Below, piece by piece: positions 20,865 through 30,366 of a DNA stretch of 54,327 nt. The position numbers and the translations under genes were made by a program. The notes beneath the pieces are model-generated. The model saw only the letters and a program-made list of their open reading frames with translations. It searched no databases and was not told the origin of the DNA. How positions within the stretch are numbered: the first letter of the stretch is position 1; each line of letters starts with the position of its first letter. Source of the stretch: Verrucomicrobiota bacterium (GTDB lineage Bacteria; Verrucomicrobiota; Lentisphaeria; Lentisphaerales; Lentisphaeraceae); assembly GCA_039798785.1 (NCBI GenBank), contig JBDKFG010000057.1, positions 1 through 54,327 on the forward strand, read 5' to 3'.

Positions 20865-21063
20865 GCGGATCTCCTTGTGGGCTTCGGGTGGTGGAGTCAA
20901 GGCAGACAGCGGCGGCGGATGGAAGTTCCGCGCTGCGGGAGCTCGGCCGCGCCGAAGCGCAAGTCTCGCCGCGATTGCGGCGCTACTTTAGCGGCCATCA
21001 GCGGGAGCGAAAAGCCCTCGACCTCACAAGCCACAAGCCCGCCCCTGCCTATCAAGGAGTCTC

Positions 21064-21717
21064 ATGCTCATCGCCAAGATCAAGCAGCTGCCCGACACCC
21101 GGGTCGAAATCAGACTCGAGGACGGCACCCGTCTGGTGGTGTCGCCGGACACCTGGTTCTCGCTCGGTTCTCGTCTCGAGGCCGGCCAGCCGCTGCCTCC
21201 CGCTCTCTTGCAGACCCTGAGCGGCGAGACGGCCCGTCTCGCCTGCCTGGGCCGGGCCCAAGGACTGCTCGCCCAGCGCGGCCACGCCCGCAGCGAACTG
21301 AAGAGGAAGCTTCTTGCCGGCGGCAAGTTCCCGCGCCAGCTGGTCGATGAAGTGCTGGTTCATCTGAGCGAGCGCGGCCTTCTCGACGACGGGCGGATGG
21401 CGGCGGATTTCGGCGCCGAACTGCGCTCGCGGGGTCTCGCCTCGCGGGCCATCCAGTCGAAGCTGCGGGCCCGCGGCGTTCCCGCTGAGACCGTCGCCGC
21501 CAGCCAGCCCGACCGCGAAACTCTTCGCCAGCATGACTGGCAGGCGCTGCTCGCCTGCGCCCGCCGCAAACTGCCCAGCCTGCAGAAAGAGGCCGACCCT
21601 CGGAAAAGGCGCGACAAGCTCAGCCGCCATCTCGCCTCCCGAGGCTTCCCAGGCGACCTCATCGGCCGCGCCGTCGGTCAATTGCTCCGCGGCGTCGATC
21701 CGGAAAACCCGGATTGA
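21064..21717 (+). CDS. recX: Regulatory protein RecX
   Basis: 'LLAQRGHARSELKRKL', 'LSERGLLDDGR', 'IQSKLRARGV', 'HLASRGF'; RBS AAGGAG. Confidence 0.88.
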   Translation: MLIAKIKQLPDTRVEIRLEDGTRLVVSPDTWFSLGSRLEAGQPLPPALLQTLSGETARLACLGRAQGLLAQRGHARSELKRKLLAGGKFPRQLVDEVLVHLSERGLLDDGRMAADFGAELRSRGLASRAIQSKLRARGVPAETVAASQPDRETLRQHDWQALLACARRKLPSLQKEADPRKRRDKLSRHLASRGFPGDLIGRAVGQLLRGVDPENPD

Positions 21718-21764
21718 GTGCCTGAAGAACCTTAAAAATTCCCGCAGATTTCTGCCACAAGCCT

Positions 21765-21792
21765 TGGACAGCTGGCTTTGCCGCTTTATACT
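21765..21792 (+). promoter_or_regulatory. Putative promoter of tRNA-Val
   Basis: TGGACA, 16 bp, TATACT. Confidence 0.5.
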
Positions 21793-21814
21793 CAGCGCCG
21801 TCGCAAGACAAGAA

Positions 21815-21891
<77 letters not shown>

Positions 21892-21948
21892 CCCTTCTAG
21901 CGCTTCCGGTGTAGCTTTGCAGCGCAAAAAAACACCGGAGCCCCAGAC

Positions 21949-22506
21949 ATGATCTTCGTCACCCACATGGAATCGACCCCCAACCCCGACGCCCTCAAAT
22001 ACCTCCTCAATGAGCGCGTCCTGGTCAACGGCGTCTGCCAATACAGCTCCGCCAGCGAAGCCAAAGACGACCTCTCCCGCGCCCTCTTCGCCATCCCCGG
22101 CGTGGTCAGCGTCTACTACCGCGACAACTTCATCACCGTCACCAAAAACGGCAGCGTCGATTGGATCGATGTCGAAACCGCGATCAAAGACGAGATCAAC
22201 ACCCGTATCGAAGTGGTCCAGATCGAAGCCCAGGAAATGCCGCCCATCGACTTCGGCGAGAAGCAGGAAATGATCGACATGATCGAGGAAATCCTCGACG
22301 AAACCATCCGCCCCGGCCTCGCCATGGACGGCGGCGGCGTCGACATCGTCGAGCTCTCCGACACCATGGTCCTCAGCGTCCACTACCAAGGCGCCTGCGG
22401 CTCCTGCCCGAGCTCCGGCACCGGCACCCTGAAAGCCATCGAAAACATCCTCCAGGAACAATTCGACCCGCGCATCAGCGTCCGCATCCACAAGCCGAGT
22501 TTCTGA
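21949..22506 (+). CDS. NifU/Nfu-type Fe-S carrier with an Nfu_N domain
   Basis: 'ESTPNPDALKY' N-domain; 'IRPGLAMDGG', 'YQGACGSCPSS'. Confidence 0.92.
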   Translation: MIFVTHMESTPNPDALKYLLNERVLVNGVCQYSSASEAKDDLSRALFAIPGVVSVYYRDNFITVTKNGSVDWIDVETAIKDEINTRIEVVQIEAQEMPPIDFGEKQEMIDMIEEILDETIRPGLAMDGGGVDIVELSDTMVLSVHYQGACGSCPSSGTGTLKAIENILQEQFDPRISVRIHKPSF

Positions 22507-22527
22507 GGCGAAATCGCGAGGCCACCC

Positions 22528-24285
22528 ATGTCCCTCCAGACCAAACGCACCCAGTCCCTGAGCCGTGATGAACGGCAGAAAGTCCTGGCGGTGGCGCGCG
22601 GCGAAGCGACGGCGGACCTGCTGATCAAGAACGTCAAAATTCTCGACCTGATCAATGGCGGCAGCCTCGATTCCGCCATCGTCATTTCCGGCAAGACCAT
22701 CGCCGGCACCGGGCCGGAATACAACGATGCGCCAGCTCTGCGCGTCATCGACGGCGCCGGCCTGACGGCAGTCCCGGGCTTCATCGATGGCCATCTGCAC
22801 ATCGAGTCGTCGATGATGAACCCCTTCGAATTTGAGCGCATGACCCTGCCGCTGGGGACCACCACCGCCATCTGCGACCCGCATGAAATCACCAATGTCA
22901 TGGGCGATCGCGGCTTCTCCTGGTTCCTCCGCTGCGCCGAAGTGATGGATCAAAACCTCTTCGTCCAGACCTCTTCCTGCGTCCCCGCCCTGCCCGGTTT
23001 CGAGACCAACGGCGGCGACTTCACCCTCGAGGAAATGCTCCGCCACAAAGCCCATCCGCAGGTCCTCGGCCTTGCCGAAATGATGAACTTCCCCGGCGTC
23101 GTCCATGGCAACCAGGAAGTCCTCGACAAGCTCGAAGCCTACGCCGATCTGAACCTCGACGGCCATTGCCCGATGCTGCGCGGCAAAGGCCTCAACGCCT
23201 ACATCGCCGCCGGCATCCAGAACTGCCACGAAACCATCACTCAGGACGAAGGCCGCGAAAAGCTGCAGAAAGGCATGGCCCTGATCATCCGCGAAGGCTC
23301 GGTGGCGAAGAACCTCAGCACCCTGGCGCCGCTGGTCACCGAGTTCAATTCGACCCAGTGCTTCCTCTGCACCGACGACCGCAATCCCTACGAGATCCTC
23401 GAGCAGGGACACATCAATTTCCTGATCCGGAAAATGATCGCCGAGCTGCAGATGCCGGCCCACCTCGCCTACCGCCTGTCGTCCTACTCCGCCGCCAAAC
23501 ATTTCGGCCTGAAAAAACTCGGCCTCATCGCCCCCGGCAAACAGGCGGACATCGTCCTGCTGGACGATGTCGACCAGGTCGGCATCGCCCAGGTCCTGAT
23601 CGCCGGCCGTCCGATCGCCGATCTGAATCTCGATTCTGCGCTCCCCGCAAAGCTGGAGAAATCGCAGCCACCCTTGGAGAACACCATCCGCCGCGCGCCG
23701 CTCACCGCCGCCGATTTCGACTACGATCTCAAAGCCGGGCGCTATCACGTCATCGAGATCATCAAGGACCAGATCGTAACGGCGCACCAGATCGTCGCTT
23801 TCGACGGCGATAAATTTGCCCAGGACGACATTCTCTACATGGTCAACATCGAGCGCTACGGCCAGCAACTGCCGCCGGCCCTCGGTTTGGTGAAGGGTTC
23901 GGGCCTGAAGAAGGGCGCCATCGCCGCCTCGGTGGCGCACGATTCGCACAACCTGATGGTCATCGGCGCCTCGATTGCCGACATCGTCGTCGCCGCCAAC
24001 GCCCTGATCGCCTCCGGCGGCGGTCTCTGCGTCGTCGAGGACGGCATCGTCACCGCCCTCCTCGAACTCCCCCTCGCCGGACTCCTCAGCCTGAAGACCG
24101 GGCCGGAGATCTACGCCGAGCTCAAGCTCCTCAAAAACGCCTACCGCAAACTCGGCATCGTGCTCGACGAGCCCTTCATCCAGATGGCCTTTCTCGCCCT
24201 TCCGGTGATCCCTCACCTGAAACTCACCGACCGCGGCCTCTTCGACGTCGACAGCTTCTCTTACATCCCGCTGCGGGACGATTGA
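22528..24285 (+). CDS. ade: Adenine deaminase
   Basis: 'PGFIDGHLHIESS', 'DPHEI', 'LAEMMNFPG', 'DGHCP', 'IREGS', 'CTDD', 'SVAHDSHN', 'LALPVIP.LKLTDRGL'. Confidence 0.96.
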   Translation: MSLQTKRTQSLSRDERQKVLAVARGEATADLLIKNVKILDLINGGSLDSAIVISGKTIAGTGPEYNDAPALRVIDGAGLTAVPGFIDGHLHIESSMMNPFEFERMTLPLGTTTAICDPHEITNVMGDRGFSWFLRCAEVMDQNLFVQTSSCVPALPGFETNGGDFTLEEMLRHKAHPQVLGLAEMMNFPGVVHGNQEVLDKLEAYADLNLDGHCPMLRGKGLNAYIAAGIQNCHETITQDEGREKLQKGMALIIREGSVAKNLSTLAPLVTEFNSTQCFLCTDDRNPYEILEQGHINFLIRKMIAELQMPAHLAYRLSSYSAAKHFGLKKLGLIAPGKQADIVLLDDVDQVGIAQVLIAGRPIADLNLDSALPAKLEKSQPPLENTIRRAPLTAADFDYDLKAGRYHVIEIIKDQIVTAHQIVAFDGDKFAQDDILYMVNIERYGQQLPPALGLVKGSGLKKGAIAASVAHDSHNLMVIGASIADIVVAANALIASGGGLCVVEDGIVTALLELPLAGLLSLKTGPEIYAELKLLKNAYRKLGIVLDEPFIQMAFLALPVIPHLKLTDRGLFDVDSFSYIPLRDD

Positions 24286-24455
24286 TCATCTGACGTTCAG
24301 TCTTGCTGCAGCTGGCGTTCGATTTCACAGCAACTGGGCCTCGGGACGATCTGAATGAAAATTTTTAATCGATTGAATTTCAGGATCTTGTAATTTTTTC
24401 TCATTGCTAATTTCTCGGCATTGCTTGCATGATTCCCGAACTAAGGAGACAGCCG

Positions 24456-24638
24456 ATGAAACACGATGTGAAAAAAGACCCTCCCCAGCCCCAGCCGGTG
24501 CGAGCTGCGGAAGCGGACTTGATCCCTCTCGAAGATCTCGAGGTCACCGAAGTCAAGGGCGGAGCCCGGCTTTTCGGTGCGGTTTCGGAGTTCGGGGCGG
24601 CCGGAAGCAAGGCGGAAAAATCCGGCGGCGGCTTCTGA
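24456..24638 (+). CDS. Small peptide with a double-glycine-leader-like motif
   Basis: Strong RBS TAAGGAG; 60 aa; contains 'LIPLEDLEVTEVKGG|ARLFG...'. Confidence 0.55.
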   Translation: MKHDVKKDPPQPQPVRAAEADLIPLEDLEVTEVKGGARLFGAVSEFGAAGSKAEKSGGGF

Positions 24639-24756
24639 CTCTGGGGCACTTCTTGCCGGCCTGCTTTTCGCGGTTTGGCCGTAGTCAAAGTCCCGGGCGG
24701 AGCTAGCTTCGCCCTCGACTCCGTCTACGACAAACCCGCCCCCCAAGAGGTCAGCC

Positions 24757-25632
24757 ATGTCCCAAGTCGTTCCTTATCTCTCTCGCTGCGATTTCCTTGG
24801 CAAGGATCTGATGCTGCACCGTGACCTGGTCAAGCACAGCAGTGCCACCCGCGCCTGTGTAGTTTACGGATACAAGGATGCCCGTGGCAAGCTTCAGTTC
24901 CTCTCCAACGCCGAGGCCGGCCAGAACGGCTGGACCATCGGTTTCGTCGAGAAGGAAGCTCTCGAGCTGCTGATGCAGAAGAGCCAGCCCGAGTGGGACC
25001 CCAAGATCGTCAATCACAACGGCGCATCGCATCAAGTTCTGATCTGCGAAGGCGATGAGATGACCGCCAGCAACATCCTGAAGAAGTCGATGCTGGTCGA
25101 GTTGCAGCAGCACTTCGGCGGTGACGCCATCTATCTCGCCGTGCCCAACCGCAACACCATCATCGCTGCCGGCAGTGCCGAGGCCATCATCGAGCTCGTC
25201 CGCTCGAAGTGGGACATGTCGGAGACTCGCGGTTACGTCAAGGTTTCCGACATGATTTACGCCGCCAAGAACGGCAAGGTTCTCGGTGCCGCCACCCTGC
25301 CTCCGGCTCCCCTTGCACCGAAGCTGACGGTGAAAGCCCCGGCTCCTGCTGCCGCTCCTGCCGCTCCTTCAGCTCCCGCCGCTCCTGGCAAGATGCAGCT
25401 CAAGCTTCCCGGCAAGCGTCAGGCCGCCCCCGAGCCTGAAGAGGAAGAGGCTCCCGCTCCCCGCCGTGGCCTCGCGGCCAAGCCTGCGGCACCCGCCGCG
25501 CCCGGCAAGATGCAACTCAAGCTTCCCGGCAAGCGCCAGGCCGCTCCCGAACCCGAAGAGGAGGAGGAGGAAGCCCCCGCTCCCCGCCGCGCCTCCAATG
25601 TCCCGCGCCTCAGCCTCAAGCCCAAACGATGA
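24757..25632 (+). CDS. Hypothetical protein: DUF1444-like N-terminal domain plus a duplicated Pro/Ala/Glu-rich tail
   Basis: 'DEMTASNIL..L..FGG..YLAVPNRNTII' resembles DUF1444. The tail contains 'APGKMQLKLPGKRQAAPEPEEEE.APAPRR' twice. Confidence 0.6.
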   Translation: MSQVVPYLSRCDFLGKDLMLHRDLVKHSSATRACVVYGYKDARGKLQFLSNAEAGQNGWTIGFVEKEALELLMQKSQPEWDPKIVNHNGASHQVLICEGDEMTASNILKKSMLVELQQHFGGDAIYLAVPNRNTIIAAGSAEAIIELVRSKWDMSETRGYVKVSDMIYAAKNGKVLGAATLPPAPLAPKLTVKAPAPAAAPAAPSAPAAPGKMQLKLPGKRQAAPEPEEEEAPAPRRGLAAKPAAPAAPGKMQLKLPGKRQAAPEPEEEEEEAPAPRRASNVPRLSLKPKR

Positions 25633-25798
25633 GCGGGAATTCGGTTCTTCCGGGAAGTTTGTGGCGGGTTCTCTGACTCGCCGCAGCAGGCTTGCTTCAC
25701 TCCAAAGGAGTAGAAGCTGTTAGCCCACTTCGCAACCATGGGAGCTTGTGAAATTCCAGGAGAGCCGGGAATTCGGACAAAATTCGTAGCGGCAGAGC

Positions 25799-25826
25799 TT
25801 GACGGAATCAAGTCCTTCGCTAATTT
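25799..25826 (+). promoter_or_regulatory. Putative promoter of the tRNA-Glu pair
   Basis: TTGACG, 16 bp, TAATTT. Confidence 0.55.
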
Positions 25827-25841
25827 GAGCGCACTTCAGGC

Positions 25842-25917
25842 GTCCTCATCGTCCAGAGGCCTAGGACATCGGATTTTCATTCCGAGAACAGGGGTTCGAA
25901 TCCCCTTGGGGATGCCA
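25842..25917 (+). tRNA. tRNA-Glu (TTC), copy 1
   Basis: Acceptor GTCCTCA/TGGGGAT, anticodon arm TCGGA-TTTTCAT-TCCGA, encoded CCA. Confidence 0.96.
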
Positions 25918-25938
25918 CCACTTTTTTAGACGCTTTGC

Positions 25939-26014
25939 GTCCTCATCGTCCAGAGGCCTAGGACATCGGATTTTCATTCCGAGAACAGGGGTTCGAATCC
26001 CCTTGGGGATGCCA
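25939..26014 (+). tRNA. tRNA-Glu (TTC), copy 2
   Basis: Identical 76-nt sequence to copy 1. Confidence 0.96.
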
Positions 26015-26022
26015 CTTCTCTC

Positions 26023-26048
26023 AACCGCAGTGCCACTGCGGTTTTTTT
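26023..26048 (+). terminator. Rho-independent terminator after the tRNA-Glu pair
   Basis: AACCGCAG-tgcca-CTGCGGTT followed by a T run. Confidence 0.9.
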
Positions 26049-26189
26049 GCGTCGCTAGATGGCTCGCTTGGCTCCGGATGTGCTTTTTGTCCTGTGATTT
26101 TTCCGGAGCGGCGTAACCCGGTGGTGGGTATTCTTCAGTCTTGGATCGGCTACTCAGCCTTAACCCAATCCAACCAATCAGGAAATCCC

Positions 26190-26912
26190 ATGGACAATCG
26201 CGCCTCGATGGTCAGCTCCGCTTTCCTTGTCGCCTGCGGACTCGCCGCTTCCGGCTACTTCATCGGTCAAACCCTCTACAACTCGAAACGCGGCGAAAAT
26301 ACCGCCGAAGTCAAAGGCCTGGCGGAGCGCCGGGTCAGCGCCGATCGCGCTTTCTGGCGGATCGACTACACGCTGCTCCGCAAAGGCGATGTCCAGCTCG
26401 ATCAGCTCTACCGCGACTCGGAAAGAGATCAGGCCAGGATCGTCAAGATGTTGAAGGATAATGGTTTTGATTCCGATGAGATGCGTCTGGGCGTAGTCGA
26501 GTACCAGAAGTCGGAGCTGCGCAATTCCGATCAGAAGCTGGTCGAGGAACGGCACCGTCTCTGCGGCTCGATCGAGATCGAGACCGGCAAGGTCCGGCAG
26601 GTCGCCGCCGTCCGCGCGCGTCTCAACCAGCTCATCGCCGAGGGGGTCGACATCACCAACAACGCGCCGAATTTCCAGTTCACCAGGCTCAATCAGATCA
26701 AGCCGGAAATGGTCAAGGAGGCGACTCAGAACGCCCGCAAGGCGGCGACGGAGTTCGCCCTCAACGCCGGTGTCCAGGTTGGCGGCATCAAAAGCGCCGA
26801 GCAAGGAGGCTTCAGCATTCGCGACGTCGGCGACGAGAACTCCGACAGCCGCAGCCTCGAAAAGGACGTCCGCCTCGTCACCTCCATCAGCTTCTACCTG
26901 ACCGGCAAGTAA
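26190..26912 (+). CDS. SIMPL-domain (DUF541) periplasmic protein
   Basis: 'VKGLAER.V.AD.A.W', 'FTRLNQIKPEMVKEATQNARKAA.EFA', 'GGIKSAEQG.FSI', 'KDVRLV'. Confidence 0.9.
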   Translation: MDNRASMVSSAFLVACGLAASGYFIGQTLYNSKRGENTAEVKGLAERRVSADRAFWRIDYTLLRKGDVQLDQLYRDSERDQARIVKMLKDNGFDSDEMRLGVVEYQKSELRNSDQKLVEERHRLCGSIEIETGKVRQVAAVRARLNQLIAEGVDITNNAPNFQFTRLNQIKPEMVKEATQNARKAATEFALNAGVQVGGIKSAEQGGFSIRDVGDENSDSRSLEKDVRLVTSISFYLTGK

Positions 26913-27019
26913 GTCCACGCCATAAGTTTGAAATAAATCCTAAGCTCGACTTGACTTGGTGATATAATTCTGTAATTTCTCTTTCAACTGAAATTCCAGA
27001 TACATCAGGGAGGCTGATC

Positions 27020-27760
27020 ATGACAGCGGAAATGACTTTGATCGATCCGGTGAGCGGCAGGAGAGTGACGGCGTCGGCGCGACCGGTGTCGCGGGTGATC
27101 GGCACGGTGGGGCGGCGTCGGCTGGCGAATTTTCTTGTCGGACCGGAGCAGCTGGAATTTCTTCGGCTGCCGGGCTTCCTCGAGGTGGAGGACTTTGGGG
27201 GGCGGGGCTTGCTGTCGCTTTGCATCATCGACATGGATCATGCAGCACCTGACTGGGCGCCGCAAGCGTTCAGTCCTGCGTGTCGCGGCGCGGCGCTGCG
27301 ACTGGCGGTGCGAGACCGACGTGACGGTGCCGCCGCGGTCTGGGTCGGCAATCGATTTTGCGACAGCTTTCTCAGCCCGCTTTTCCCGCTTCTTGGGCTG
27401 CACGGTTTCGCCTCCGGGCTGGCAGGTGAGGAAACTGGGGACGGCTTCGCCCTGAGGACGTCCGAGTGGGCCCTGCGGTGCCGGGCTGGCGAGGGCGGGG
27501 TGGCGATTGGCGACGAGGCCTTTGATGCTTTGATCGGCGCTGGGGTCGCCAGTTACGGTCCTGGACGGGCGCCCGGGCGTTTCAGCCGGGTCGAACTGCA
27601 CAAGGATTGTCCGTCGCGCTTCCGCCGGTGCGTCGCGCAGGCGCATCTGGAATTGCCGCAGGGGGAGCATTACGGCGATCTCCGGCTCAGTCCCGGCGGG
27701 CGTTACGAATGGCGTTTCTGCGGCGAAGTCGATGGCGAGGGATCGCCGCTGCCGGATTGA
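27020..27760 (+). CDS. DUF2071/YqjF-like protein
   Basis: 'GTVGRRRLANFLV.PE.L...LP..LE...GGRGLLSLC'; RBS GGAGG; extended -10 TGATATAAT at 26960-26968. Confidence 0.6.
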   Translation: MTAEMTLIDPVSGRRVTASARPVSRVIGTVGRRRLANFLVGPEQLEFLRLPGFLEVEDFGGRGLLSLCIIDMDHAAPDWAPQAFSPACRGAALRLAVRDRRDGAAAVWVGNRFCDSFLSPLFPLLGLHGFASGLAGEETGDGFALRTSEWALRCRAGEGGVAIGDEAFDALIGAGVASYGPGRAPGRFSRVELHKDCPSRFRRCVAQAHLELPQGEHYGDLRLSPGGRYEWRFCGEVDGEGSPLPD

Positions 27761-27866
27761 GCACGAACGGTGAGTTTTCCGACGTCAATCCTGAAACTCG
27801 CGGTAGACAGGTCGGTTCATCCTCGATTCCTAAGCTGAAGCTGTGAGTCAGTCTTCAATCTTGAAT

Positions 27867-27964
27867 TTTAAATCTTTGATTTTGTTCGCGTTCTGTTGAA
27901 TCTTGAATCTTGAATCTTGAATCGGATTCCCGAGCTGAGCCTAAGCTCAACTTGGGAATCCAGG
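27867..27964 (-). repeat. Dispersed ~98-bp palindrome-plus-heptamer element, copy 2
   Basis: Reverse complement of 6456-6553 with a few substitutions. Confidence 0.9.
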
Positions 27965-27965
27965 T

Positions 27966-29369
27966 TTATTTCGAGTGTTCCTTTGGCGCCTGGCCGAGGG
28001 GGAAATGCAGGCTTTGCGAGCCGAGGGGATCGGGGAATTCGAGGCAGGCGCCGGCGCCGTCGGCGAAGACTTGGTATTTCATCCGGTGGCCTTCGGCGTC
28101 TTCCTTAGGCAGCGGGATGGCCTCGAGATCCACCGGGTATCGGCCAGTGCGGCGATGGATACTCTCGATTTCCAGACCGAGACGGAACTGGCGGATGAGG
28201 GCGGCCTCGAGCTTCCATTTTTTCGTGATGGTGTCGGTTCTGGAGTGCAGGTTGCGGCTCAGGTAACTTGACTGCGAAGGCTCAATCGGAGCTCCATGGA
28301 TGGCCGCATCGATTTCCCGCAAGGTGATCAGTCCTTGCTGATAGCGCAGGCCGGTGCCTAAGAGCAGGCGTTCCTGTTCGTTGAAGTCGGAGGCGCGTCC
28401 GTCGTTGCACAATTGCAGGATTTCGATCACCGCGACCCGGTCATGGAGCAAGAGCTGTTTCCGGCTATTCGGCCAGGCTTGCAGGGGGGCGGCGTGAGAG
28501 CGGATTTCAGCGAGTTCCTCTTCGGCGAGGAGAGGCAGGTCCTCTCGCAGGCATTGCAGGCAGGCGCGGGTGATGCCACCGCGAGTCAAGCTGGCATAGG
28601 GACTGATCTCCTCATCAAGGACACGCGGCAGGCGGAGCATCAGAAGGCGGCAGCGCTGGGCCTTCGCCGGCTCGCCCTTGACTTGGTAGAAGCGGCTCAG
28701 ATCGTTGAGGAAATACAGGCTTTGCCGAGTGAGGCTGAGAGGGCGCCATTGACGGTGGAAGAGGGCCACTCCCGTCTCCTGCCGGAAGCGGAAGGAGGGC
28801 TTGAGCAAGGCCTCTTCCCAGCGCTCAAGCAGGCCGGGCTGGGTCGTCAGCAGAAGACGGAGAGACCGCATCTGCTGCTTCAGCTCCTCGCCGCTTTTCA
28901 GCTTCTGCTCCTCGGCATAGGTGAGCTTCGCCGCCGGGACGCTCGACCCGCCGGGCTTCTTCTTCAGCTTCAAGCTGGCGCGACGGGCCGCGAGATCCGC
29001 CTGACTCATCGCCGCCAGCTCGGCGTCGAGACGGGCCTGGCGCTGCGCCTCGGCGACCTCCTCGAGCATCCATCGACGGCATTCCTCGTGGCTCAGATAG
29101 GTGTTTGTCTTGAGCTTGGGGGCTTTCTGGAAAGCCTCCCCGCCAAGGTCTCGCCAGAGCGACTCCAGCAAGGGACCGCCGTTGTCGGCGAAAGGCACAT
29201 CGGGCGGCAATAATTGCGCCGCGCTCACCGGCTCGCCCCTCGCGGCGATGTCGGCCACCGCCTGGTGATAGGCGCCGCGCCAGGGCAGCCCGACGATGAT
29301 GACGGCGAAGACGCCGTGGACCAGCAGGGTGAGGCCGATCCACAAAATCAGCTTGGTGCGGGTTTTCAT
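27966..29369 (-). CDS. Membrane-anchored PVC-family protein, paralog 1 (C-terminal GspG-like segment)
   Basis: N-terminal TM, 'RGEPVS...P.VP.ADNGGPL', 'QFRLGLEIE..HRRTGRYP.DL...D.EG..MKY'. Confidence 0.75.
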   Translation of the reverse strand: MKTRTKLILWIGLTLLVHGVFAVIIVGLPWRGAYHQAVADIAARGEPVSAAQLLPPDVPFADNGGPLLESLWRDLGGEAFQKAPKLKTNTYLSHEECRRWMLEEVAEAQRQARLDAELAAMSQADLAARRASLKLKKKPGGSSVPAAKLTYAEEQKLKSGEELKQQMRSLRLLLTTQPGLLERWEEALLKPSFRFRQETGVALFHRQWRPLSLTRQSLYFLNDLSRFYQVKGEPAKAQRCRLLMLRLPRVLDEEISPYASLTRGGITRACLQCLREDLPLLAEEELAEIRSHAAPLQAWPNSRKQLLLHDRVAVIEILQLCNDGRASDFNEQERLLLGTGLRYQQGLITLREIDAAIHGAPIEPSQSSYLSRNLHSRTDTITKKWKLEAALIRQFRLGLEIESIHRRTGRYPVDLEAIPLPKEDAEGHRMKYQVFADGAGACLEFPDPLGSQSLHFPLGQAPKEHSK

Positions 29370-30253
29370 AAGGGACGGATCAGCAGGCTGGCGCCGCGCA
29401 GGCAGCGCAGGTGCAGCTTGGGCGATGCGGGGCCCAGGGGCTCGCCATCCATCTGCACCGGCGCGTTGCCGCTCAAGCTCACTTCGGCGGCCCGCCCCCG
29501 GACGACGTCGGCATGGTCGAGATGGCGGCGTCCGAGGAGGGCGCCGGCGAGGAGGCGGGTGATGGCGAAGCGGCCGGGCTTCTTCAGCAGCACCCAGTCG
29601 AAGAGGCCGTCATCGCCACGGCAGTCGCGCGGGCTGAAGCCGAGCCCGGCGCCGTAGAGCGGCAGGTTGAAGACGAAGGCCTGGTGGCCATGATGATGCT
29701 CGCCCCCGGCCTCCAAGGTGACGCCCGGATAATCGTAGCTGCAAAAACTTTTGAAGCCGTGCGGCAGGTAGCTCCAGTTGCTCACCCGGTGCAGCCCTTG
29801 CGGCTTGCTGCGACGCCAGGAGTCGAGGCGGCGGACGACCTCGCCGTCGAAGCCGGCGCTGACCAGCAGGGTGAAGGGGGACTCGCCGGCGAAACCGAGG
29901 TCGGCGGCGAAGGTGTCGCGACGCAACAGCGCCTGCACCAGTGCCGGCAGATCGCGCGAGTAGCCCCAGGCCTTGGCGAAGAGGTTTTCGTTGCCCATCG
30001 GCAGGGTGGCGAAGGGCACGACGCCGTTGATGCCGCAGCGCTGCATCAGTCCGAGGGTGTGGGCCACCGAGCCGTCGCCGCCGCAGGCCAGGACGGCGCT
30101 CAAGCCGCCGCCGCGGAAGGCGGCTTCCGCCGTGGCGAAATCCCAGGCCAGGGTGTAGGGCAAGTGCGCCTTCTTCAGCTCCGCCTCGAGCTGGGCGATG
30201 AGCTCCTGGTTGGCCTTGCGGCCGGAGTAGGGATTGGCGGTGATCAGGAGCAT
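29366..30253 (-). CDS. Diacylglycerol-kinase-family lipid kinase (YegS/DgkB-like)
   Basis: 'NPYSG', 'ACGGDGSV', 'LPMGNEN', 'SAGFDG', 'YGAG', 'QMDGE'. Confidence 0.9.
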   Translation of the reverse strand: MLLITANPYSGRKANQELIAQLEAELKKAHLPYTLAWDFATAEAAFRGGGLSAVLACGGDGSVAHTLGLMQRCGINGVVPFATLPMGNENLFAKAWGYSRDLPALVQALLRRDTFAADLGFAGESPFTLLVSAGFDGEVVRRLDSWRRSKPQGLHRVSNWSYLPHGFKSFCSYDYPGVTLEAGGEHHHGHQAFVFNLPLYGAGLGFSPRDCRGDDGLFDWVLLKKPGRFAITRLLAGALLGRRHLDHADVVRGRAAEVSLSGNAPVQMDGEPLGPASPKLHLRCLRGASLLIRPL

Positions 30254-30262
30254 GGGAATCCT

Positions 30263-30283
30263 AATTACGAATTACGAATTACG
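30263..30283. repeat. Heptamer tandem repeat (AATTACG)x3
   Basis: Read directly from the sequence. Confidence 0.85.
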
Positions 30284-30366
30284 AGTTGAGCGGAGCTTCA
30301 GTGTGGCTCGATCGTCCCGATCGAGGCTGTTTCCTGGGAGCCCCGGCCTCCGTGCCGCTTGTGTTT

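Noticed and set aside
21902..21941. Hairpin after tRNA-Val as a terminator
   Set aside because: Large loop and no downstream U-tract; read-through into nfu is plausible.
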